The notes under the pieces: generated by a model | The model's database searches: none | Told to the model about the DNA's origin: nothing | What the model saw: only the letters and a program-made list of their open reading frames with translations | Made by a program: the position numbers and the translations under genes | In this document: positions 36,101 through 49,800 of the stretch, piece after piece | Layout of the letters: each line of letters opens with the position of its first letter | How positions within the stretch are numbered: the stretch's first letter is position 1 | Assembly (NCBI GenBank): GCA_965285935.1 | Contig: OZ260663.1 | Coordinates: 72,354,001 to 72,418,000, forward strand | Direction: 5' to 3' | DNA length: 64,000 nt | From: Ophelia neglecta | Taxonomy: Eukaryota

Positions 36101-39100
36101 GACCTTGCTGACAGAGAAGTGTGTGGTCCGGGTTTTAGGTGCACCACGTATGCCATAGATCAATTTCGTTGTAATACAATTATGATGATGGGCCGTTACG
36201 GAGGGTACGCAAAAGTCCATAAGTGGGTTCAGCTGGATCCATCTGTCGTCCAACAAACACGAGGGATGCATACCCGGCAGGAAAAGCAAAATCATAGATA
36301 AAGAATAGTCTATTAAATTGTGCAAAATCATCAGATGCCACTACGAAAGTTCAGATCAGAGGCAACAACATTACTTGTATAAAACGGATACCTGGCAGAA
36401 ATATTCAAATCATTGGTCAAGAACATTCCACCAAATCGGTCCCTTATCATCAGGAACCAGCAAAAGAGCAGGTGTGTCTTTGAAAAGCGCCTTTGGCGAA
36501 AAGCATGGTGGTCGTTTCTGAGTAAATAATATTTATCAAGTCCGTGTTGGTGCTTACAAAAATATGTTCTCGGATTATACTGGAGACAGGTCGTTTTGAC
36601 ATATCTCTTCTTCTAAAAGCGAACCATATACGCTTTCCTGACTAGTGGTGGGTTGCTGGTTATATGCTCACAGAAAAAATCGCAACCCACTCTTCAATGG
36701 CCGAAAGGAAGTAACCTTTTTTTTACATAGGTCGTCGAATGTTAAGTATTAAAATTCTTAAGCGTCTCACTAAAGGTTGCTATGGTAGGCTATGCTTAGG
36801 TTTTAAAGGGGAAAACTGTCTATACGACATCCCATTCAAACCTGCGTTTTGTGGTACGTATTTATGAGTTTGGTTTAAGCTATTCTTCTATAGAAGTACA
36901 GATATTCGGTCACCTGGTTTTGTAATGGTTGTTATTCTTATTTAGCATGATAAGTGAGTTATATTAAGAAAATTCCCGGAGGAAAGAAGGAATGATGGTT
37001 CTAGTAATTCCAAGTCAAAATTTGTATATAAAAAACCCCTGTTTAAACGCCATTTTTAAAATCTCAAATAATGGTGATTTTTTTGCAATCATTGTACGCC
37101 AAACATAACTGTTCAAAACAAAAATAAATAGCTATGAGCTAAAATGTTCGGGTTCATGTCAATTTCTACTAGATTTCAATGTTATGATTATAAATAACCA
37201 TAGTTGAGATAATAATATGAACCCCCCAATATTACACGACTATAATTCTAATACCTACAACCCGATTATGGTCGATATCTGACTCATATTGACAGAACAT
37301 CCTATGATGAGGCCTTTGGATAAAGCCACCTGTGATATAGCTACCAGAACTTATGGCGGCAATGTGATTAATCATATCAGATCTTGGGTGGTAAAAGTAT
37401 CCTAAGGTATCCCACGCAATCTGATCATCATGTCAGCTACAGTCAGCGAGATATTTGAGACTATCATGATATGGGGCATATGTTTTTGATACTGTCGTTA
37501 GCGAAGCGATACCAGTAGCTCCAACACCGCTGACTAATTGACAGGTTTATCCTTTTGATCACCCTAATATGAACACAGGGGTCGAATAAAACATTCCCCT
37601 GACCGCATGGGGTCCATATAATGTCAGAAATTCACTGAGCAATGATAGATTGCGGTGCCCCCAAGACACCTGACTGACTACTACAACTTCAGTTGGAAAA
37701 GATTTGCAGTCGATGGCTTATGGTTTATTTTCTCAGAAAACATGAATCATACAAATGTGTGATATCAAATATTGCATTTTAATATGATATTTGAACGTTA
37801 AATCTACCCAGCTTTTATCCGTATTGTATTGTGCTCCGTTATTCTCTGTGACTAATCCCCAGGGTTAATGATAATAAACGGTAGTGTAAACATATTGATC
37901 ATTAGCGACAAATAAAGCTTACCCATTGCCCCTGCAAAAGAGACGAATAAGTAATTTGCATGCATTTTAATATTTTGATTGAAGCTTACATATTTACTGA
38001 TTGCTGCAAAATTCAATATAACATAGATAGATTATTAATATAATTTAAGAATGACTAGGCCTTTATAATTTACTAAACCTATTTGAAACGCAATGCTATC
38101 TTTTAGGTAGGCCTTGGACAAATGGAATGTCTCGTTTTATTCCATCCTGTCTTTTAAATCCGTATAACATAATTGTATTAAGCTGTATAGGTAAATAGTG
38201 TTAACTCGAATCAAATTCATAACAAAGAAACACATATTTTGATATCGAACTTATTTTCCAAATACTCAATAATCCAACCCCTATTATGACAAGATATTAT
38301 ACCAACTAATGCTGGTGTTTCCTTAGATATAATGTATTATGGCTCAAATCACTTTTATAAGACTTTTAAAATCGAACCTAAAGGCCTTAAAACACATTGC
38401 ATGCAAAAATGTCGTCGACATCGGCACTCCCGTGACCCTTATTCGCAGTGAACTTCGAGATAATTAAACTTCTGGGATACTTTTCACCTGATATAACTGA
38501 CAATAGAAGAGACACTCCGGTACTTAGGGTTTTATTGGCCGTTACAGAAAAATGGCAGCGATCATTCATTTATCGGAAATTTTACTGCTATTACAGCCGG
38601 ACATTTTGACTGACAATACCGAACGTTTTATCGGACTGAGGACAATTTTACTGGGTTTTGGTCGGTAGCCGGCGAATTTGGCGACCCCCGAGGCCTTATA
38701 AAATTACTCTTCGCTCATTCAGTCCAGTGCACACAAGCCAATGTAATTTCTTTGAATTTAAACTCACCCATAAGAGAGATGGTTTTGGAACCGATAAATC
38801 ACCAGTCTTCGATATCTCATTTATTGCGTCAGGCGTCTTCGATATACCACTTTTAGTGCCAATATCAGTAAAAAGCACATATGCCTTTATATCGCAGTAT
38901 TGTCAAGTGAGGAGTCAAAGTTTAGTTGAAGGTTTGTACCTGGACCAGGCCATCGTCTGCTGTGGTATCCACTTTTATTAGGCCATTTCGCTAAAATCAG
39001 GTAGATGCGTCCTGATTCGCATTACTTTAGATCCTTGGCGACGATTTGGGTGCTGCTCGTAAATTTGGATAAGTCCATTTTATGACCAAATTCATCATGA

Positions 39101-39686
39101 AATTCTAGCCGGGGACATTTATATTCTGGTGTCGAATTAGGTTTCATGCCAGTGCACCAGCATTCTAGTTTTAATCTTATTTGGAAGGAGCTGTAAGGTA
39201 AAGAGAAAAAAATCAGGCTTTGAAGTTATTAATTTTACAATATTGATAGGTTTCTTCCAGGGATCAGGCGTGTTAAAGAAAAGAGGTAGAATAGCATGCC
39301 ATAAACTGGAAGTTGCCTGAAGACGTATAATATCAAAGATTCATTGCATATTGTGTCATAAACAACGCCATGAATAAATAAATCATCATCTTGTAAAACG
39401 CTTATTTCTTTCCCTTATTGATTCGTCCTCTCAAATAACGATCAGAAGTTCAATATCGTATATTTGACATCGAGACAGATAACAATAAAATATAGTCTTT
39501 TTTATAGAAAGTAAACTAATTTGTGTATAAACGCAAGCATTCGAACCGCGCTCTGAATAACATCAGTCTGATATTCTCAACCATGCCAATAAATCGAACG
39601 CGAATTCCGGACAGCAAAGCACTCAAAGATTTACTATTATTATTATTTCGCAAATATTTCGAAAATTGGGAAATATTCATCTACTT

Positions 39687-39780
39687 TGTCGCATTTTTTG
39701 CAAACTTGTCGCAAATGGCTTGTCGCAAAAATTGAGGTCGCTGTCGCGGGAATCCCGCGACAATGCGACAGATGGACAGC
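39687..39780. mobile_element. Probable decayed DNA-transposon end with TGTCGC subterminal repeats
   Basis: TGTCGC at 39687, 39707, 39721 and 39742; inverted GCGACA at 39757 and 39765. No partner end found. Confidence 0.4.
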
Positions 39781-42700
39781 GATTATTTTCTGATTAGGTC
39801 TTAATGCAGAAGTAAAAACACTCAAATATACTAACAGGTTGTCTTGCTAGCATTTATTTCTCCAAGGCTAGCTGATGTGTAAAGGCATGAGTCCGTTTAG
39901 ATAGACGAGGCAAAGGAGGGCATGTTTACCCATTGTCGTCGTCAATAGGTATTAGCTGGGCTAGTAATGTCCCTCGCCCCTCTTCTGATGCTAATGATTG
40001 TACACTGTTTTGAACAAAATAAAATGTGCATGGCTAAGCACTTTGTATAACACTACACAAGTGCAAATATAAGTCCGGATTCTGACAACCAAGAATCTTT
40101 TTTTTATATGACTATGAAGTAATCTCCAATGCCCACATGCCAACGCATTGTCTTTATGCATCTTGTGAATTAAGAGACAGAATGGAAAAGACGTTAAGTT
40201 CCATATATGTAGAATGAAATACATATAAAAAAAATTCATTTCTTGCTGAATGAGGCCTCTTAACATGCCCATTCCTCAATTATTCGTTCAACACACACAA
40301 TAAAGCTGCTTATTAGAACCGAGATATTTCATGCTGATACTTAAATGAATTGTTTAATTACGCCCTCTGACTTAGTTGGTAGGGCTACTTTAATTGGTTA
40401 GCATGAAAGAACGCTCTTGTTTGGGATATTTAAACTTGTCGATGTTTTCTTCCCTTATAATGGTAATACTCAGTTTAGGCTAGCGAAACCAACGTCTAGT
40501 TTGGAGCAACTCTTGTCAATTTACGCTGAAATTAACTTGATATACTATGCCTGTTTTGTGGTCCGTTGCCGGCCTGTACGGCATTGATGTAGTTTTAGCC
40601 AGCTACCTTTGATGACATCAATGACACAGTACCAATTATCTGGCTCAATTTGTTCTAGGCACGTAACAAGATGCGTTGTCGTATTGGCGTCAGTACTGTC
40701 TCGCCACTCCAGTCTTGGCCAAGACTTATCATGAAAAGAGGAACGGTTATATCACAGGCCAACCAGTCTAATCAAGAGTCCGCAAAAAGGACAGACCGGA
40801 AACAAACCAATGACTGTCAGCTGCAACAAGGCCGAAACGTAAACGTTAAAATTCACGATGTCATTGGAGCACCCATGAGACTGTCACCTAATTTGAGCGA
40901 CCAGCCCTCTATTAAGTAGCTTTGCACTAATAATATATGAGAAACAGGAGTGGGAACCGGCAGACGAAACAATAACACAACGCTTGGCTGCAGACGGCTT
41001 TTGTCAAAAAAGGGAGTTGATACCCGCCAGACAAAGCCAAAGCATTCAACAAGAATAGTCCATTAAATCGTTCCAGAAACATCCTCAATCAGTAGCCGCA
41101 GGCCCTCACACATCTATAAATCAATCCCCAGCTCACAAACAGTAAATAAAGTTGTACTGCAAATAATAAAAAGTAAAACCAAACTATACATCACATGCAA
41201 TAAGAAGCATTCAACAGTGTCCATGGCGTGAGTGAGAATACATAACAAGCAAGTCGATGGTTAACATAGATGAAATAGGTATCCTTCGGCTTACGGCAGA
41301 AGTTACCGCGCTGTGCCTTTACCCGACAGAGTGTTGAGCCTTGTTTGAATGTTTGAATTCTCATTGGCTATAGCTTTACTAAGCTTTCTTGATAACTATT
41401 TTGCCGACAGAAAGCAATTATTACTATATATAGGTTCATTGGGGTACACTTGACCTGACGTTTGCGGAAAGAAATTTTAAAATAGACTTTTATTTTCATT
41501 GCACTTAATTGCCACAGTGGTAAATACAGTGTTACAGTTGTTTGCTGGATGTCTAGACTTTAGTTATACTGTATTACAAAAAAAGACACCATCTAAAAAT
41601 GTTGGAAATCTGATATTTCCAGGATGAACGTATTTATGATTAACATACGCCTCATCAAATAAGTTTCAGCCACTAAAAGCATCACCATTAATTAGATAAG
41701 CCGTCACATGGTAAAATTACTCAACAAGGACAGGGAGCAATCCAGGCGTATTTACACGGCATATTATGTAGGAATATGTTGTTTTCTAAATTGTGTTCTG
41801 TCCTATTTCACCACACGATCATCCTTGAGCATCAATTTTCTAAATTCGATGCAAATCATCCATCCGCAATAATCATGAGGGAATGTCTAGCGCATTAGGA
41901 ACTGTCACCACAGATGAAATATATCCATCAAAATATATAACAGGAATCTCACTAAGTAGATGTGATCCAATATTGGAATTGGCTCATCGCGAAAGCACGT
42001 CATCGCATTGAAAATTGTATGCCTATCTGAAAAAGAAGGATATGCCTCTAAATTTTTGTAGCTGCGAAATTTTCCAGCAGAGATTTCAACGACTATTAGG
42101 ATAAACTGCTTCCAAAAATATAAACATTTCCTGATAGGCCTACAGAAGATAAGCAACTAGTTAAGATCAAAAGATCAAGGCGGCTGCATGCAATATACAC
42201 CTCGATCCAATACGGTAGCCTTATCTATTTTGCATTGAACAGGATTAATTATGTTTATTGATATTTTGCATTTATCTGTTTGTGCTAGGAATAAGTCAGT
42301 AGGGATAATAGGAGTAATTGAAAAATTGTGTTCGTTAATTGAAAATATCTTTTTGAAATAGCGCCTTCATGCCTAAATATTGCTCTTTACGATTTCCACA
42401 GTTAATAAATATTGTTTGACTCCTTTCGATGATCTACCCACTATGAACATCTTTCACACTCTAAGCCTAGTAGCCATAAAGACAACCAGTGAGTGGTTGG
42501 TATTGCTTCTACTTTAACATGGACATTGATGACAGGAACTTGCTCGTTAGTAATTTCCGTTATCAAAGAGGAGAAAACTTTGAACCTATGAGTACAAAAC
42601 GTGGTACTTCTTTAGGACATTCAGAAATGAAACAGAGGCTTACCTGGACCCGGATGTTTGGTCGAGATAATAAGATTTGCTTGTTAACTCAAGAAGAGAG

Positions 42701-43900
42701 AAGCCAATTATTATTACCAAGGGTTACAACGTTGTATATCTGTGTCTAACGCAACATACCAATAAATTTTAGTTCCCTCAGATCCGATCGTTCATTTTAT
42801 TTCAGGGGAATGTTGCCCTTGTAGCTATACCTACTAAAGTAACGTAGGCAAAATTAAACAGGTAAATAATAATTATCTGATCACTAAGGGTGTAATATAA
42901 GGGAGAGGTAAGCACACTAGTCCTCAACCCCCCCCCCCCCCCCAACACCACCACCACACACACACGAACACACACTCCTTCTAAGGTTTAAGAGGAGCAC
43001 ATCATACAGAGGCTATGATTTTAAATAATTACTGAACGTTTCCTACATATTGGATAAACATTTTATTAATGTTATTCTATTAAATGGTTATCTGTGAAAT
43101 ACAAATATGGTATTATTGCCTAGTTTGCCTCAGCAATGATGGGATAACTCCCGCCTCACTAAGTTCTGTTTATCACATGCTTGTATTGAAAATCAATCGA
43201 AATGCTTATTTTTTCATCTTTTTCATTTACTCAATGGTCAAACTTTACAAGGCTTGGCGATTACATGTTATAATCGGAGATGTATTGACAGTGCTCTCCG
43301 CTACTGGACAGGTCAAGTAGGCGAGGGTGACCGGTGAAAGATATATTTGAAATATAAGAAATTTATTGGTACAATAAATGTATTTCTGACTCTCGTAGTT
43401 AATGTCAAGTCATAGCCACAAAGGCTTATATTGTTAGTCTTTCAGACCAGAGCACCAGGGTGAGTGAAATTGCTTATGTCAGGCCTATTGTATAAAATGT
43501 ACTACATGAGATACAATGTCATACAGCAGTATGTGCTGTGCTGAAAAGGTACGTGATTAAGATCAGCTGTCAGCAATGTGCCGGGGCCAAATAGAGTCAT
43601 CCAAGCGGAAACCTGGCTGCAATTACTGTGAAGCAGTCTTTCAAGCAGCTAACCTGGCACAGTGCAGGTGACTTTTATAAATACAAACTCCATCCCCCTT
43701 CACCTACCTGTTAACTTATTATTCCACTTAGCCTAAAGTTCATCCAATGTAATCATATACCAGTTGTAGTGGGTTTCCCCCCACCTTTGTAAATTTGCAA
43801 TATGTTATATCACAAGAATATAACCATCTCAACACAAACATGTGTTTGTTTTATGTTTCATTTACATATGTATACTGGCACTGTCACTATAAATAAAACT

Positions 43901-43936
<36 letters not shown>
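43901..43936. repeat. (TAC)12 microsatellite
   Basis: Perfect trinucleotide run. Confidence 0.95.
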
Positions 43937-46532
43937 AAAGTAAACTCCAAAACGGTTAACACGCAGAGGTAGAAAAAACATTCCTGGGGAAAGCTTTAGG
44001 ACGTCTCTTTATCCAGACAATAATGTATATAATATCACCCAATAATATTTGTTAACAGCGGTTGCAAGGCTAAGCAGCCAGATTGTTCATGTGTTTGGTG
44101 ACGTCTACCCATGTAACACAATTAATGAGGCAACTGTAGTAGAGTTTCTTCCAAAATTGCACTTCTCGCTTTCAAGGCAATTCAGGCCTTATCCCTGTGT
44201 CTTTGGGAAAACTGATGCTGCCTTATCAGCCGGCACCTTATGTGCGCTACTCGGACAAGTTTCTGCTTGTGAAACCAAATTCTAGAGGCAGTTAGGGCGG
44301 CAGAGCATTCCAGGCCCCATGCTGCAATCAGCACCTACTGAAGATAAGAGCGAGTGAACCTATCACACGCTAAGTAGAAACTCACTGGTTTAAGCTATAG
44401 GCCTACTATGTCTAATCTGTTGACCAGTATTTCATGTACATCTACATGTTGAACACAACAATTTATTTGGTGACATATAAATAACGTAATGCATTAATTA
44501 AATAATGTATATGACCAAACATTAATGTTCTTTACCTATGCACATTTGTGAAGTAGTTGGTATATAAATGCTTTAAACATTAACCATTATTGAAATACTT
44601 TTGTGATTTCACACCATTGGTCGAGCAGTAGATTCTCAAGTACGAATCACTATAGAAATATTTTTAGTCGGAGAATCTTCGAAAGATGCATATGTGTACC
44701 TCTTTTCTCGGCGCTATCGCGCGTCGGTAGATGCGGATGAATGAATCTATTGAAGCTTTTAGATCATTCCTCTTTACATATCGTGTCGAAAGTTGGTTGA
44801 GGCATAGCTTATTATTTACCAATAAGGATGGACGACCCCTTAAGCCAGTAGGCTTATGTACTGGAACACTTTGGATTACACAACCATGGGATTCAGAGAG
44901 CAGACGCCCTGAGCAAATAAAGTAAAAAATGCCTATAAAAAACGCTAGTTCATTTTTATTCGGCGAATGAGCCTTCCGGTTTGTTTGTTGAGTTGACAGG
45001 ATTGCTCACCTAAGCTGATGGTACAAGGATCACCACTTAACTTTAACTGATTGCTGTTTTTCTTGCTGATCGTGTAGATGTTTTTTTTTGTAGAACTGCT
45101 TCTGTTTGCTGCCTCAGTCTGGGAGGTGGGTGGAAGGGGGGGGGGGGGAGGCTGGAAGGCTGGCAGTTAATCAACGAAATGGTGTAAATTACAGGCCATA
45201 TTTACCGCGCTGGCGCTGTGTATGGGAATATTCTACAAAATCCAAAGGGGAATGGAAAAATCCCATCAATCTGGAATAAGCCAATTAAATAGTCCAGACT
45301 CATCTGGGACTGTCAGATACTGCACTCACCAAACCTCAAAATTCCAGTCAAATAACTAAGAATAGATTCTCAGTTGACCAATATGCTAGGCAAACAGGTT
45401 TTCACGACGTGAACTACAAAACAAAGGAGTCATGGACAACGTACGAAGAAGCATGCCTGAGGCGAGGCTCAGCTGGACAAAGCTTTCAGACCAGCAGTTG
45501 AAGAATACAAAAGACATAGAGCGCCTAACGTCCGTACTACGTACCACAAGCGGTTCACCTCAAAACTGTAACGTTAGAATAAATAGATGCATTTCAGTTA
45601 ATTTGAGAAAGTAAAGCGATCATCACTTCGATTTTATTTTAAATTTTATTTTGCAATTAGATTATAATTAGCAAGCTGAAGTCAAGTGCAATAGCAGTAC
45701 GCTCATAATATGAAATTCACGTTTTGTTTGCCTGCAAGCATTACGGCACTACGTATAGACGTTCTTTCTAAATAATAGTATGTCGAATGTAGTTGCCCCG
45801 ACGTCATTATATTATACCAATTACTTTTCGACCTATTTTCGCACCATCAAACGTGAAAGTGATCCGTGAAAGCTGCATTACGTTTAGTCATAGTAACTAG
45901 AATTCATAGAGAACACTCGCATTGACAAGAAATGATCTTCCATAACCTTCCAGGGCAGGTAATCAATGTAGTTAATTGTGAAACCTATTTTGGGCATTGT
46001 TCAGACACATCATGTCTCCCTACGGTCGGAATACTTTAAGGTCTATGACAGGTTATGGTATTCAATAGGGACAGTATCAAGTGAACAATTAGTCTGCGGT
46101 TGTTATAGGACAGATTGGTCTGTGAGTAATTATTGATTCTGACCGTCCTTGACTTGCTGATCCCGTCATGTCAACAGTTTATTTAAATAAAAGACGAGAA
46201 CATATTGTTTTATTACTTGTCGTCGTTTCGCTGCAGCTAGGAAATCGTAGTAAAGTATGTAACTATTTGTCCAATCCAAACAAGTCACTTTAGGTAAAAG
46301 AAATTATGTCAAAGATGGAGTGGTCTTGCTTTAAAGCATACAATTCACAATGGTGATCGAATACAATTTACAGCCTTCCTCCTGAACTTTTAAAAGCTTG
46401 ACTCGTTACTCATGTCACTTAAGCGATTGTATGAACGAATTTTACCGATAGTTTAAGAAAAACACAATGACGTGGGAATGCCATAATTTGTCTATTCATC
46501 CCGGAAAAAAAATGTTATAATGGGTGAACTTT

Positions 46533-46847
46533 ACCGTTCTTAGTGGCTTTTAACACTTATCTGGTCATATCGCCACGGTGCCTACTAGTGACAGTGGGCT
46601 CAATCCCCTCTTTGTAGTGCTGCCTCACTGGAGTACCTGCCGTAGACACCAGACAGGGAACCCCACCCAGTCACATTATACTGACACCGTGTTGACCAGT
46701 CCTAATACTACCCCGAAATACCGGGCGCCTGGCAGGGGAGCTATCAGTACCTATTTTTACGTGTTGGGTTTGACGCAATCGGGAGTCGAATCCGGATCTA
46801 CCACTTGAGAGGTGGACGCCCTAACCACTCGGCCACGCTTTGGTGGT
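46533..46847 (-). mobile_element. tRNA-derived SINE, near full length (about 315 bp), resembling molluscan MetaSINE-type elements
   Basis: The minus strand reads A box GTGGCCGAGTGG and B-box-like GGATTCGACTCCC. It then continues ...CGTAAAAATAGGTACTGATAGCTCCCCTGCCAGGCGC...AGGACTGGTCAACACGGTGTCAGTATAATGTGACTGGGTGGGG...CCAGTGAGGCAGCACTA...GATATGACCAGATAAGTGTTAAAAG, a body I recognise from mollusc SINEs. The superfamily label is from memory. Confidence 0.85.
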
Positions 46848-49800
46848 GTTTTTGAAATTTTGAAATTTATCCCATTAAATCATCTGGAACCTCCAGCCAC
46901 AGGTTCACATACATTAATCGCAAGCTCCAAAACAGTATATTAATTTGTATTGCAAATGAAAAATAAATAAAAAGACAAAATTGATATCTGTAAATGTGGT
47001 GATTTTCTTGACTTAGAGACAAGTAGCATTTGCTTACTTTTTGTCAATGGCATGTATAATGAGTTAGCATGGACTTAGGAGTAATAGTCAATTAGATTTT
47101 CCACGTGCATTTCATATAAGTTGCTTTATATAAATACATGAAGCGCCACAGTTGAAATAGGTCTGGACTAGAGTTAAGGTGTGGGAGAGTAAGCGATTCG
47201 CACATTTGACAGATCAAGTTAGAGTCAAGGCAAACAAACGTCAGGCAAGTAAACGGAAATGAAAAGCAAATAGCACCCCACCCCATAACTCTGTTATAAT
47301 CAAAGAACTTCTTGAAGGCCGGCTTTTATGGGAGACCACTCCATTATGACTCATTACAAACATGCCTCAGAAAATTTGATTTTAGATTAACCTAGATGAA
47401 GACTGCAAAATTGTTGGGTTCATTATGCTTCACTGGTGAGATATCCCATTTGCGACTGTCGTATCATATTGCAGCAGTAAGGAGCTAGTTATGACAGCCA
47501 ATCCTTTGTCGTATATGCCCTTATTATTATTGAAGCTCGAAAGTCGACATAACCGAATCAATGATAACATGATCACCGCCATGCCTTTTTCCAATATTAC
47601 GTTGGCTGTGTAGAACAAAACCTTGGTGTGGGACCCAGGAATGTCGTTAATGCGATTTACAAAATTGGTTTCGGTATTTCAGTCGGTGGCAGGCGTCAAT
47701 TTCCTATCCTCATCACCAGCAATTATAGAGAAAGATAATAGAGGAGGTAGTCTGGTGAATGCAGTCCTCTCAGAATATTACCATTTAGTTGTGCGTGAAG
47801 ATATTCTGGCTCAATAGGCTTTACTAGCCAATAATATTTCGACGCAGAGATAGTCCAGATCTCCTTAAAGTTTCCGAAAATTGTATTAGCACTATCTCGT
47901 CTATCATTACTGTTTATGAGGGTTATATCTTGTTCGGTTTATCTTATTCACCACTACTTGCATACTTGAGCTGAGGAAAATGTAGTAATTATCTTTAGCA
48001 AGGATGGCAATTTTCAAAATGACAATCAAGCAGATTTTATGTGCCATAAATAAGTCAATATATCTATCCGAGTTAACAGGTAATATGATCTCTGTAAACA
48101 TATTAAAAAAGATGAACTAAGTGAGCTTTATACTTCTCTTGTCTTGTGTTTATTGGAGGCTCTGTAATCGGCGCTGGACTGCCAGCGCTGTAGGAGAACC
48201 AATAGCTGCTCCCGCTGAACTGTAGAGCCAGCCATAAACAGGGATCCGTTTATTAAGACAATAATTTATCTATAAAGTTTGAGAGAGCTCAGATTATCAT
48301 AGACACCCCAGGGCATCTTTCATATATGTCTCTGGTTGACCACTGACACGTTTTGATGTATTGATGTTTGAGGGCCTGTGGCTTCTGGTTCATGATGATT
48401 TCGAACCAATTAATGAAGTAATATAGATTGATGATTAGGCTGTGTCTATCGGTCATGCACTCCGGTTCTTTATACTTCATAATCCTATCCAAGACCATTA
48501 AGGGAATGAGCCGAGCATACACGGCAGACAAAACGAAATCATCAATCAAGAAGAGCCCACTAAATAGGCAGGAAATCATCAGTAACCGTCAGCCACAGTT
48601 GTTAATCTGTAAATATAAATAACAAAATAAAGTTAAATGAATATACGAAATCACTTGCAATGAGAAGTGATCTAAGATAGAGAGTCAGGAGGCATATTAG
48701 GACGATGCTTTGTGCCCTAGGAGGTTCTACGATAGGCACCCTGGTAAATGTGCGATTACAATTGTCTCCAAATTATGATGCCTTCAGCAAAGTTACATAT
48801 TATCTAAAACAGAGATTTTTATATATTACAATTACAAACCCTGTGCGGATACTACTAAAATTCTGTGATCTCACGTGTGCAATGCAATCAGGAAAGAAGT
48901 GATATTTTACAGTTGATAAACTGAAGTGGAAATTGTGATTATAGGTTGGATTGACAAAGAGGATCCGAGGATCAACAGGACAAGCATACAATCAGGCCTC
49001 CCGACCCGCCTGTCTAACCTCAGAACCGAGATGACAATGACAAATGACTGGGAGGCCAGACTTCCATCGCTGCCTATCTGTTACCAGCGAGGCTACGGAT
49101 TTTGAAGTTTTGAACAATAATGTAGTTAATGGTCTATCCTCCTGGCGATCTTGTTATGCATGCTTAGTTAAATATTTTCATAATTCTAACTGTTTTAACA
49201 TTTTTCATAGTCACCTTTATATATTATTTTGACGAAAAATGCCTCTATCTTCCTAATGATAAAAGTCGTAACGTGGACAACTATACACGTTTAAAAATGT
49301 TTCTAGCGAGGTACAGCTCACATTATTGTTGCGATGTTTTGATTTGATTACTAATCATTAGTTGTTTCGAAACCATGTAGCTAGTTGTATTTACTGAAAT
49401 AGGAAATGGATGATTCCTTGGGCAATTTTTTGAGTTTATAGACAATGATTACCGATAATTCTCGCATTATTCCTAGAGTGTTGGTGTCTAAAGTTTAGAC
49501 TTTGGAGTACAGAAAATCTATAAAAAGGAGTGGAAGGCGGCGAACAAGATGAACCATGCGAACAAATTTCACGCCTGAAGGATGCCCATTGTACGCAAAA
49601 GGCCCTGTTTACTTGGGAAATGGCATTGAGTAACATAGACCGCTGTTAAATTCAGGCTCTTACTAACATAATGGACTAATTTTCAATTTCAATGATTCAT
49701 ATTTTAAGCAATACCCGCCCAGCATGTTCAAAAGTATGGAAATAATTTCGATAAATGCAAGAAGGGAGGTCTTCATCATTTTCATAAAAAAGCTAGATGT

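Noticed and set aside
45374-45614. Coding-looking purine-rich stretch and 60-aa ORF
   Set aside because: No recognisable motif, no frame stays open beyond about 60 codons, and no phase-consistent upstream exon chain was found.
46770-46847. tRNA gene on the minus strand
   Set aside because: The A/B boxes run straight into a SINE body, with no acceptor stem or poly-T terminator.
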